Assembly: GCF_009914755.1 (NCBI RefSeq)
Contig: NC_060941.1
DNA length: 64,000 nucleotides
Origin: the human T2T-CHM13v2.0 reference genome, Homo sapiens
Reading direction: 5' to 3' (one strand)
Shown piece after piece: positions 42,001-55,980 of this stretch. The position numbers and the translations under genes are program-made. The stretch's first letter is position 1. Each line of letters starts with the position of its first letter. A model generated the notes under the pieces. That model ran no database searches and had not been told where the DNA came from. It saw only the letters and a program-made list of their open reading frames with translations.

Positions 42001-43850
42001 CATTCGATTCCATTTGATGATGATTCCATTAGAGTCAGTTCGATGACTCCATTTGAGTCCATTCGATAATTCCATTCGAGTCCATTCGATGATTCCATTT
42101 GATTCCATTTGAGGATTCCATTCGTGTCCGTTTGATCATTACTTTCGTGTCCATTCGGTGATTCCATTGGATTACTTTTGATGATGTTACCATTCAATTC
42201 CATTTGACGATGATCCCATTCGATTCCATTCGTTGATGATTCCATTTGAGTCCATTCAGTGATTCCATTTGATTCCATTCAATGATGATTCCTTTCGTGT
42301 CCTTTTGATGATTCCATTCGAGTCCCTTCATTGATTCCATCCGATTCTATTTGATGATGATTCCATTTGAGTCCATTTGATGATTGCATTCAATTTCATT
42401 TGTTGATTCAATTGGAGTCTATTCGATTATTCCATTCGAGTCCATTTGATGATTCCATTTGATTCCTTTCGATGATAATTCCATTCGAGTCCATTCGATG
42501 ATGATTCCATTCATTTCCATTCGATGATTCGGTTCGATTCCATTCGATGATTCCCTGTGATTCCTTTCCATGATGATGCCATTCCATTCCATTTGATGAT
42601 TCCATTCTATTCTATTCCATGATGATTCCATTTGATGATGGTTCCATTGGTGTCCATTCGATGATTCCATTCCATTCCATTCGATGATGATTCTATTCAA
42701 TTCCATTTGATGATGATTCCATTCGTTTCCATTTAATGACGATTCCGTTTGATTGCATTCGATCATTCTATTTGATTCCATTCGAAGATGAGTCCATTCT
42801 ATTCCATTCGATGATTCCATTCAATTCCATTCAAAGATGATTCTATTCGATTACATTTGATGATGATTCCATTTGATTCCATTTGATGATGATTCCATTC
42901 GTGTCCATTCGATGTTTCCATTCGATTCCATTCAACGACGATTCCATTCGAGTCCATTAGATCATTCCACTCGATTCCATTTGATGATGATTCCATTTGA
43001 TGCCGTTCGATGATTCCATTTGATTTCATAAAATGATGATTCCATTCTAATCCATTTGATGATTCCATTCCATTCCATTTGGTGATGATTCCATTCGAAT
43101 CCATTGAATGATTCCATTCGATTCCATTTGATGATGATTCCATATGAGTCCATTAGATGATTCCATTCGATTCCATTTGATGATGATTCCATTTGGGTCC
43201 ATTAGATGATTCCATTTGGTTCCATTCAATGATATTTCCATTCGAGTCCATTTGATGATTACACTCCTTTCCATACAATGAAGATTCCATTCTATTCCAT
43301 TCGATGATGATTCCATTCGGTTACATTAGATGATTCCATTTGTTTCCATTCAATGATGATTCTATTCGTGTCCATTACATGATTCCATTCGATTCCATTC
43401 GATGATGATTCCATTCTATTCAATTCGATGATGATTCCATTCGAGTCCATTAGATGATTCCATTTGATTCCATACGATGATGATTCCATTCTATTCCATT
43501 CAAAGATGATTCCATTCGGGTCCTTTAGATGATTCCACTCGATTCCGTTCACTGATGATTCCATTCGGCTCCATTCGATGATTCCATTCTACTCCATTCA
43601 ATGATGATTCCATTCAAGTCCATTTGATGATTCTATTAGAGTCCATTAAATGATTGCTTTTGATTCCCTACGATGATGATTCCACTCCATTCCGTTCGAT
43701 GATGATTCCATTTGATACCATACTATGATTCCTTTTGATTACATTTGATGTTGATTCCATTCGATTTCATTCGATGATTCTATTTGAATCCATTCGATGA
43801 TGATTCCATTCGTTTCCATTCTATGATTCCATTTTATTACATTTCATGAT

Positions 43851-43930
43851 GATTCCATTTGATTCCATTCAATGATTCCTTACGATTCCATTTGATTCCA
43901 TTCAATGATTCCTTACGATTCCATTTGATG
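43851..43930 (+). repeat. 33-bp tandem duplication in HSat2
   Basis: 'ccttacgattccatttgat' at 43878 and 43911. Confidence 0.9.
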
Positions 43931-46900
43931 ATGATTCCATTCGAGTCCATTCGATGATTCCTTTCGATTCTGTTCGATGATGATTCCATGCTAGTGCATT
44001 CAATGGTGATTCCATTCGATTCCATTCCATGATTCTATTTGATGATTCCATTCTATTCCATTTGATGATGATTGCTTTCGATTCCATTTGATGATTCCAT
44101 TTGATTCCATTCCAAGATGATTCCATTTGATTCCATTCAATGATGATTCCATTCATTTCCATTCGATGATTCCATTAGAGGCCATTTGATGATTCCATTT
44201 CGTTCCATTCAATGGTGATTCCATTGTATTGCATTCGTTGATGATTCCAATCAATACCGTTCGATGATGATTCCATTCAATTGCATTCGATGATGATTCC
44301 ATTCGATTCCATTAGATGATTCCATTTGATTTCATTCGATGATGATTACATTAGATTCCATTCGATGATTCCATTCGAGTCCATTCAATGATTCCATTTG
44401 ATTCCATTCGATGATGACTCCATTTGAGTCCATTCAATGATGATTCCATTTGATTCCTTTCAATGATTCCATTGGATCCCATTCTTTGTTTTATTTTGAT
44501 TCGTTTTGATGATGATTCCATTCAGTTTCATTTGATGATCCCATTCGATTCTATTCGATGATGTTTCCATTCGATTCTATTCGATGGTGTTTCCATTGGA
44601 TTCCATTTGAAGAAAATTCCATTTGATTCCAATGATGATGATTCCATTCAATTCTATTCGATGCCGATTGTATTTGATTCCATTTGATGATGATTCCATT
44701 TGATTCCATTCGATGATTAAATTCGATTCCATTCGATGATGATTCCATTCGAGACCATTCAATGATTCCATTCAATTCCATTCAATAATGATTCCATTCG
44801 AGTCCATTCGATGATTCCATCCAAGTCCATTTGATGATTCCATCTGATTCCATTCAGTGAATCCATTCGATTCCATTCTATGATGATTCCATTCGTTTCA
44901 ATCGGATGATGATTCCATTCGATTCCATTCATTGATTCCATTCAATTCCATTTGATGATGATTCTAATCAATTCCATTCGATGATTCCATTCGAATCCAT
45001 TCGATGATGAGTCCATCCATTTCAATTTCATGATAATTACATTCGTTTCAATTCGATGGTGTTTCCATTCGATTCCATTCTATTTTGATTCCATTAGTTT
45101 CCATTGGATGATGATTCCATTCGAGTCCATTTGATGATGATCACATTCGATTTCATTCCATAATTCTATTTGATTCCATTCGATGATGATTCCATCTGAT
45201 ACCATTTGATGATTCCATTCGATTCCATTCGATGATGATTCCATTCGTTTCTATCTGATGATGATTCCATTCAATTCCATTCGATGATTACTCCATTTGA
45301 GTCCATTCGATGATTCCATTTGATTCCATTCGATGATGATTGCATTCGAGTCCATGGATTATTCCATTCCATTCCATTTGATGATCCATTTGAGTCCATT
45401 CAATGATTCTCTTCGATTCCATTCTATAATTCCATTTGATTCCGTTTGATGTTGATTCCATTCGAGTCCATTCGATGATAATTCCATTCGATTATATGCG
45501 ACGATTCCATGGGATTCCATTTGAAGATGATTCCATTCGAGACCATTCAATGATTCCATTCAATTCATTCGATGACGATTCCATTCAATTCCTTTCGATG
45601 ATTCCATTAGATTCCATTTGATGATGATTCCATTCAATTCCATTCGATGATGATTCCATGCGATTCCATTCAATGATGACTCCTTTCATTTCCATTTGAT
45701 GATGATTCCATTAGGTTCCATTCGATGATGATTCCTTTGGATTCCATTTGATGATGATTCCATTCAATTCCAATCGATGGTGATTCTTTTCGATTCCATT
45801 CGATAGTAATTCCATTCGATTCCATTTGATCATGATTCCATTCAATTCTACTCGATGATTCTGTTCGATTCCATTCAATGATGCTTCCATTCTAGTTCAT
45901 TGATTACTCCATTACATTCCATACAATGATTCCATTCGAGTCCATTTGATGATTCTATTCGATTCCATTCGATAATTCCATTCGATTCCATTTGATTATA
46001 ATTCCATTCGAGTCCATTCGATGATTATTCCATTTGATTCTATTCGGTGATTCCATTCAATTCCATTTGATAATGATTCCATTTGAGACCATTCAATGAC
46101 TCCATTCAATTCATTCGATGATGATTCCATTCAATTCCATTCGATGATTCCATTCGATTCCATTTGATGATGATTCCATTCGATTCCATTCGATGATGAT
46201 TCCATGCGATTCCATTCAATGATGACTCCTTTCGGTTCCACTCGATGATGATTCCATTTGGTTCCATTCGATGACGATTCCTTTGGATTCCATTCAATGA
46301 TGATTTCTTTTGACTCCATTTGATGTTGATTATTTTCTATTCCATTAGATGATGATTCCATTTGATGCCATTCAATGATGATTCCATTTGATTCCATTCG
46401 ATGATTCCATTCTATTCCATATGATGATGATTCCATTCGAGTCCATTTGATGATTCCATTCAATTCCATTCGATGATGATTCCATTCAATTCCATTCAAT
46501 GATTCCATTTGATGATTATTCCTTTCGAGTCCATTCAGTGATTCCTTTTGATTACAATAGAAGATGATTCCATTCGATTCCATTCGATAATACCATTCAA
46601 TACCATTCGCTGATGATTCCATTTGAGTGCATTCCATGATACCATTCGATCCCATTCAATGATGAATCCATTCGATTTCACACGATGATTCCATTCAATT
46701 CCATTCTATGATGATTCCATTCGAGTCCATTCGATGATTCCATTTGACTCCATTTGAGGATGATTCCATTCAATGATTCCATTCGATTCTATTCGATGAT
46801 GATTCCATTCGATATCTTTCGATGCTGATTCCATGCAATTCCATTCGATTATTCCATTTGATTCCATTCGATGATTCCATTCGATTACGTTTGGGGATGA

Positions 46901-49900
46901 TTCCATTCGATTCCATTTGATGATTCCATTCAATTCTATTCGATGATGATTCCAATCGATTCCATTCAATGATGACTGCATTCGATTCCATTCGATGATT
47001 ACATTTGATTCCATTCGGTGAGTATTGCGATCGATTATATACGATGATTCCATTTGATTCCATTCGATGATTCCATTTGATTCCATTCGATAATGATTCC
47101 ATTCGAGTCCATTCGATGATTCCATTCGAGCCCTTTCGATAATTTCATTTGAGTCCCATCCATGATTCCATTCGAGTCCATTCAATCATTCCATTTGAGT
47201 CCATTCGATGATGATCCCATTCGAGTCCATTGAATTCTTTTTTAGTCCATGCAATGATGATTCCATTCAAGTCCATTCGATGATTCCATTCGATTTTATT
47301 TGATGATGATTCCATTTGTGTCCATTCAATGATTCCATTTGATTTCATTCGATGATGATTCCATTCGATTCCATTGAATGATTCCATTCTATTCCATTTG
47401 ATGATGATTCCATTCGAGTCCATTCAATGATTCCATTCGGGTCCATTTAATGATTCCGTTGAGTTTGATACTATGATGATTACATTGGATGTCATTCTAT
47501 GATTCCATTCGATTCCTTTCGTTGATGATTCCGTTCGATTCCATTCGATGATGATTCCATTTGATTTCATTCGATGATTATATTTGATTACATTCAATGA
47601 AGATTCAATTCTATTACATTGGATGATACCATTCGATTCCATTCGATGACGATTCCATTTGATTCCATTCGATGATGATTCCATTCAATTACATTCGATG
47701 ATGAATCCATTCAATTCCATTCGATGATGATTCCATTCTATTCCATTCGATGATGATTCCATTCAATTTCATTCAATGATTCCATTTGATCCCGTTTGAT
47801 GATGATTCCATTCTAATCCATTGGATGATTCCATTCTATTCCATTCGATGATGATCCCATTCAATTCCATTCGATGATTATTCCATTTGATTCCATTGAA
47901 TGATTATTCCATTCGTGTCCGTTAGATGATTCCATTTGATTCCATTTGATGATGATTCTATTCGGTGCCATTCAATTATTCCATTTGATTTCATTCGATC
48001 ATGATTCTGTTGATTTCGTTTGATGATTCCTTTCCATTCCATTCGATGATTATTCCATACGTGTCTATTCGATGATTCCATTTGATTCCATTCGATGATG
48101 ACTCTATTCGTGTCCATTCCATGATTTAATGTAATTTCATTTGATGATTATTACATTTGATTCTATTCGATGATTCCATTTGATTCCATTAGGTCATGAT
48201 TCCATTCGAGTCCATTCAATGATTCCATTCGAGTACATTTGATTATTCCGTTTGATTAAATTTGATGATGATTCGATTTGAGTCAATTTGATGATACCAT
48301 TCGATTCCATTCGATGGTGATTCCATTCGTGTTCATTCGATGATTCCATTTGATTCCATTCAATGATGATTCCTTTCGAGTCCATTCAGTGATTCCATTC
48401 AAGTCCATTTGATGATTGCTTTTCATTCCATTCAATGATGATTCCAATCGAGACCATTCGATGATTCCATTTGATTTCATTTGATGATGATTCCATTCGA
48501 TTCCCTTCGATGATTCCATTATATTCCATTCAATGATGGTTCCATTTGAGTCCATTCGATGATTCCATTCGACTCCATGTAATGATTCCATTGGGTTCAA
48601 TTCGATGATGATTACATTGGATTCCGTTCAATGATTCCATTCGATTCCATTCGTTGATTATTCCATTCGATTCCTGTCAATGATGATTCCATTTGATTCC
48701 ATTCTTTGATGATTCCATTCGATGATGACTTGATTTGATTCCGTTTGATGATGACTTGATTTGATTCCATTCGATGATGATTCCATTCAATTTCATTTGA
48801 TGATTCTATTCGATTCCATTCGATTTTGATCCAATTCTATTCCATTCGAAGATTCCATTCGATTCCCTTTGATGATGATTCCATTCGATTCCATTCGTTG
48901 ATGATTCCCTTCGATTGCATTTGTTGATGATTCCATTCGAGTGCATTCAAAGATTACATTCAATTCCGTTCGATAATGATTCCATTCGAGTCCATTCGAA
49001 GATTAGATTTGTTTCCATTCGATGATTCCGTTCCATTCCATTTGGTAATGATTCTGTTTGATTCTATTTGATGATGATTCCATTTGATGATGATTCCATT
49101 TGATTTCATTCAATGATTCCATTTGTTTCCATTCGGAGATAATTCTATTCTATTCCATTTGATGATTCCATTCAATTCCATTCGATGAGGATTCTATACG
49201 ATTCCATTTGATTATGACTCCATTCGATTCCATTCCATAATGATTCAGTTCGTGTCTATTCGATGTTTCCTTTTGATTCCATTCGACAATGATTCTATTC
49301 GAGTCCATTAGATCATTCCATTTGATTCCATTCAATTATGATTCCATTCAATGATTCCTTTCTATTTCATTCGATGATGATTCCATTCGAATCCATTTGA
49401 TGCTTCCATTCCATTCCATTCCATTCAATGATGATTCAATTCGAGTCCATTCGATGATTCCATTCGATTCCGTTCTACGATGATTCCATTGAGTCTATTT
49501 GATAATTCAATTTGATTTCTTTCGATGACGATTCCATTCAATTCTATTTGATGATTCCATTCGATTCCATTTGATGATGACTAAATTCGAGTCCATTCGA
49601 TGATTCCATTCAATTCTACTTGAGGATGATTCCATTGGATTCCATTCCATGATTCCATTCGATTCCATTTGATGACCATTCCATTCGAGTCCATTCAGTG
49701 ATTCCATTTGATTTCATTTGATGATGATTCCATTTGAGTCCATTCGATGATTCCATTCAAATCCATTTGATGATTGTTTCAATTATATTTGATGATGATT
49801 CCATTCGAGTCCATTCGTTGTTTCCATTCGATTCCATTCGATGATGATTGCATTCGGGTCCATTAGATGATTCCATCTGATTACATTTTATGATGATTCC

Positions 49901-50419
49901 ATTCGGGTACAATAGATGATTCCATTCGATGATGTTTCTATTGCCGTCCATTAGATGATTCCATTCGATTCCATTTGATTATGATTCCATTCGAGTCCAT
50001 TCCATGATTCCATTCTATTCCATTTGACAATGATTCCATTTGATTCCATTCGATGATTCCATTTGATTCCATTCGCTGATGATTTCATTCGAGTCCATTC
50101 GGTGATTCCATTTGATTCCATTTGATGATGATTCCATTCGAATCCATTTGATGATTCTATTAGAATCCACTTGATGATTGCTTTTGATTATATTCGATGA
50201 TGATTCCACTCAAGTCAATTCGATGATTCCATTCGATTCCATTCGATGATGATTCCATTCGAGTTCATTTGATGATTCCATTTGATTTCATTCTCCAATG
50301 ATTACATTCGAGTCCATTCGATGATTCCACTTGATTCCATACGATGATGATTCCGTTCAATTCCATTCCATCATTCCATTCTATTCCATTCAATGATGAT
50401 TCCATTCGAGTACATTAGA

Positions 50420-50840
50420 TGATTCCATTTGATTCCATTCGATGATGATTCTTTTCTTCCCCATTAGATGATTCCACATGATTCCATTCGATGATGATTC
50501 TATTCGAGTCCATTTGATGATACCATTTGATTCCATTCGATTCCATTCGATGATGACTCCATTCCATTCCATTCATTAGTGATTCCATTCCATTCTTTGA
50601 TTCCATTCCATTCCATTCGACAATGATTCCTTTTGATTCCATTCGATGATGTTTCTATTCTTCCCCATTAGATGATTCCACGTGATTCCATTCGATGATG
50701 ATTCTATTCGAGTCCATTCGATAATTCCATTCGATTCCATTTGATGATGACTCCATTCCATTCCATTCATTGGTGATTCCATTCAATTCCATTCATTGAT
50801 TCCATTCCATTCCATTCGACAATGATTCCATTCGATTCCA
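50420..50840 (+). repeat. ~204-bp tandem duplication in HSat2
   Basis: 'cttccccattagatgattccac' at 50456 and 50660. Confidence 0.85.
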
Positions 50841-53800
50841 TTCCATGATTACACTTGATTCCACTTGACGATGACTCCATTCGATTCCATTCGATGATTC
50901 CATTTGATTCTATTCGATGATAATTCCATTCGATTCCATTCGATGATGATTGCATTCAATTACATTCGAAGATTCCATTCGATTCCATTTGATGATGATT
51001 CCATTTGATTACATTTGATGATTTCATTTGATTACATTCGAGGATTCCACTCGATTCCATTCTTTGATCATTCCATTCAAGTCCATTCAATGATTACATT
51101 CCAGTCCATTTGATGATTCCATTAGATTCCATTCGATGATGTTTCCATTCGGTTCCATTTGATGATTCCATTCGATTCCATTCGATGATTCCATTTGAGT
51201 CCATTCAATTATTCCATTCGAGTCTATTCGATGATCCCATTTGATACCATTCGATGATAATTCCATTGGAGTTCTTTTGATGATGATTCCATTCGATTCC
51301 ATTGGATTATTCCGTTTGATTCCATTCGATGATTCCCTTAGATTCCTTTTGATGATGATTCCATTCGATTCCATTCGATGATGATTCCGTTTGATTCCAT
51401 TCGATGACGACTGCATTCGGTTCCTTTCGATGATGATTCCAATGTATTCTGTTCGATTTCTCTATTCGATTCCATTTGTTGATGATTCCATTCGGTTCCA
51501 TTAGATAATGATTCCGTTAGGTTCCATTCGATGATGATTCCATTCGATTCCATTCAATGATGATTCCTTTCGATTCCATTCAATGATGATTCCATTCGAT
51601 TCCATTCGATGATTCCACTCGATTGCATTCGATGATGATTCCATTCGTGTCCATTCGATGACTCCATTCAATTTCATTCAATGATGATTCCATTCGAGTA
51701 CTTTGAATGATTCCATTCAAGTCCATTTGATGATTCCTTTCAATTCCATTCCATGATGATTCTATTCGACTCCATTCGATGATGATTCCATGCGATTCCA
51801 TTCAATGATGACTCCTTTTGGTTCCATTCAATGATGATTGCATTCGGTTCCATTCGATGATGATTCCTTTGGATTCCATTCGAAGATGATTCCATTCAAC
51901 TCCATTTGATGTTGATTCTTTTCGATTCCATTCGATGTTGATTCCATTTGATTACATTCGATAATGATTCAATTCGATTCTATACGATGATGATTCCGTT
52001 TTAGTCCATTCGATGATTCCATTTGAGTCCGTTCAATGATTCCATTCAATGATTCCATTAGATTCCTTTCGATTATTATTCCATTCGAGTCCATTCGGTG
52101 ACTCCTTTCAATCCCAATTGAAGATGATTCCATTCGATTACGTTCGATGATACCATTGGATACCATTCGTTGATGATTCCATTCGAGTGCATTCGATGAT
52201 ACCATTCAATTCCATTCGATTCCATTCGATGATTCCATTCAATTCCATTCTATGGTGATTCCATTCAAGTCAATTTGATGATTCCATTGGACTCCATTTG
52301 ATGATGATTCCATTCCAATATTCCATTCGATTCTATTCGATGATGATTCCATTCGATTTCATTCGATGCTGATTCCATTCAATTCCTTTCGATGATTCCA
52401 TTTGATTCCATTCGATGATTCCATTTGATTCAATTTGATAATGGTTCCGTTCGAGTCATTTGATGATTCCATTCAATTCCATTCGATGATGATTCTGATC
52501 AATTCCATTCGATGATTCCATTCGATTCCATTCAATGATTCCATTTGATTCCATTCGATAATGATTCCATTCATGTCCATTCGATGTTTCCATTCGAGCC
52601 CATTTGATAATTCCATTTGAGTCCAATCGATGATTCCATTAGAGTCCATTCAATCATTCCATTTGAGTCGATTTGATTATTAATCCATTCGGGTCCATTC
52701 AATAATTCCATTCGAGTCCATTCGATAATTCCTTTTGAGTCCATTCGATGATTGCTTTTGATTCAATTCGATTATATTCAATTTGAGGCAATTTGTTGAT
52801 GCCATTTGATTCTATTCGATGATGATTCCCTTCGTGTCCATTCGGTGATTCCATTCGATTTCATTCGATGGTGATTCTTTTCGGGTCCATTCAATGATTC
52901 CATTCGATTCCATTTGATGGTTTCATTCGAGTCAATTCTATGATCCCATTCGAGTCCATTTGATGATTCCATTAGATTCCATTCGATGATGACTCCATTA
53001 GGGTCCATTTGATTATTCCATTTGAGACCATTCGATAATTCCATTCAAGTCCATTTGATGATTCCATTCGAGTCCATTCGATGATTCCATCTGATTCAAT
53101 TTGATGATGATTCCATTCGAGTTCATTCGATCATTCCATTCAATTCCATTTGATGATTCCATTTGAGTCCATTTGATTATTCTATTTGAGTCCATTCAAT
53201 TATTCCATTCGAGTCCATTCGATGATTCCATTCAATTCCATTCGCTGATAATTGCATTCAAGTCGATTCGATGATGATTCCATTCGATTCCATTTGATGA
53301 TTCCATTCGATTCCATTCTATGATTCCTTTTGATTCCTTTTGATGATGATTCCATTCGATTCCATTCGATGATTACTGCATTTGTTTCCATTCAATGATG
53401 ATTCCAGCAGATTCCATTTGATTTCTCCATTCGATTCCATTCATTGATGATTCCATTCGGTTCCATTAGATGATGATTCCATTAGATTCCATTTGATAAT
53501 GATTCCATTTGATTCCATTTGATGATGATTCCATTTTATTCCACTCAATAATGATTCCATTCATGTCCATTCGATGATTCCATTCGATTCCATTCGATGA
53601 TGATTCCATTCAATTGCATTCGATGATGATTCCATTCGATTTCATTCAATGATTCTATAGGATTCCATTCAATGATGATTCAATTCTCTTCCATTCGATG
53701 TTTCCATTCGATTCCATTCGATGATGATTCCATTCGATTCCATTCGATGATGATTCCATTCGATTGCATGCGATGATGATTCGAGTCCATTCGAAGATTC

Positions 53801-54242
53801 TGTATGATTACATTCCATGACGATTCCATTAGAATCCATTCGATGATTCCATTCAACTCCATTCGACGATGATTCCACTCGATGCTATTCGATGATTCTA
53901 TTCTATTCCATTCGATGATGATTCTATTCAACTCCATTCGATGATTCCATTCGATTCCATTCGATTATTCCATTAGATTCCTTTCGATGATGATTCCATT
54001 CGATGATATTTGATGATTCCATTCGATTCCATTCAATGATGATTGCGTTTGTGTCCATTCGATTATTCCATTTGATTCCATTCAATGATGATTACATTCG
54101 AGTCCATTCAATGATTCCATTTGATTCCATTCGATGATGATTCCATTCGAATCCATTTGAGGATTCCACTTGATTCCATTCGATGACTCTGTTCGATCCC
54201 ATTCGATGATTTCCTTTGATTCCATTCGATGATCTTTCCATT

Positions 54243-54253
54243 TGATTCAATTA
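54243..54253 (-). promoter_or_regulatory. Exact DUX4 consensus motif (TAATTGAATCA on -)
   Basis: TGATTCAATTA on +. Motif only. Confidence 0.45.
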
Positions 54254-55809
54254 GGTGATTCCATTCGATTGTATTCAATGATGATTCCATTTGACTCCAT
54301 TCGATGATGATTCCATTCGAGTCCATTCGATTATGATTTCATTCAATTCCATTCGATGATGATTCCATTTGGGTCCATTCAATGTTTCCATTTGATTCCA
54401 TTCGAAGATGATTCCACTCAAGTCCATTTGATGGTTCCTTTTGAGTCCATTCGATGAATCCATTAGTTTCCATTTGATGATGATTCCATTCGATGCCATT
54501 CAATGATTCCATTCGATTCCGTTCAACAATGATTTCATTCGTGTCCATTTGATGATTCCATTCGATTCCATTTGATGATGATTCCATTCAAGCCGATTCG
54601 GTGATTCCATTCAATTCCATTCTATGAGGATTCCCTTCTAATCCATTTGATGATTCCATTCCATTCCATTCGATGATGACTGCATTCGGTTCCATCTGAT
54701 GATGATTCCAACGGATTTCATCTGATTTCTCCATTTGATTCCATTCGTTGACGATTCATTCTTTTCCATTTGATGATGATTCTATTATATTCCATTCGAT
54801 GATGATTCCATTCGATTCCATTCAATGACGATTCCATTCGATTACATTCAATGATGATTCCATTGGATTCCATTTGATGATTACATTCGATTCCATTCGA
54901 TCGATGATTCCATGCGATTCCATTCAATGGTGATTCCATTCGGGTCCATTCGATGATTCCATTTGATTCCATTCGATGATGATTTGATTCGAGTACATTC
55001 AATGATTCCATTCAAGTACATTCGAAGATTACTTTCAATTCCATGTGATGATTTCATTCGAGTCCATTTGATGATTCCATTCAAGTCCATTTGACGTTTC
55101 CTTTTGAGTCCGCTCGATGTTGATTCCGTTTGAGTCAATTCGATTATTCCATTTGAGTGCATTCCATGATTTCATTCGACTCCATTCGGTGATATTTCCA
55201 TTCGAGTCCATTCGATGTTTCCATTTGATTTCATCCAGTGGTGATTCCATTCGATTCCATTCGATGATTCCATTCAAGTGCATTCAATTATTACATTCGA
55301 GTCTATTAAATGATTCCATTCATTTCCATTCCATGATGACTCCATTCGAGTCCATTCAATGATGATTCCATTCGATTCCATTCAATGATACCTTTGGATT
55401 CCATTCTTTATTTTATTTCGATTTGTTTTGGTGATGATTCCATTCGGTTTCATTTGATGATCCCATTTGATTCTATTTGATGGTGATTCCATTCCATTCC
55501 ATTTGATGAGAATTCCATTCGATTCCATTCGTTGATGATTCCATTAAATTATATTCGATGAGTATTCTATTCAATTCCATTCAGTGATGATTCCATTCGA
55601 TTCCATTCGATGATGATTCCTTTCGAGACCATTCGATGATTCCATTCACTTCATTCCATGATGATTCCATTCAATTCCATTAGATGATTCCATTAGATTC
55701 CATTCGATGATGACTCCTTTCGGTTCCATTCGATGATGATTCCATTTGGTTCCATTCGATGATGATTCCTTTGGATTCCATTCAATGATGATTCCTTTTG
55801 ACTCCATTT

Positions 55810-55980
55810 GATGTTGATTCTTTTCTATTCCATTAGATGATCATTCCACTTGATGCCATTAAATGATGATTCCATTCGATACCATTCGATGATTCCATTC
55901 TATTCCATATGATGTTGATTCTTTTCTATTCCATTAGATGATCATTCCATTTGATGCCATTCAATGATGATTCCATTCGA
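55810..55980 (+). repeat. 101-bp-offset partial tandem duplication in HSat2
   Basis: 'gatgttgattcttttctattccattagatgatcattcca' at 55810 and 55911. Confidence 0.85.
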
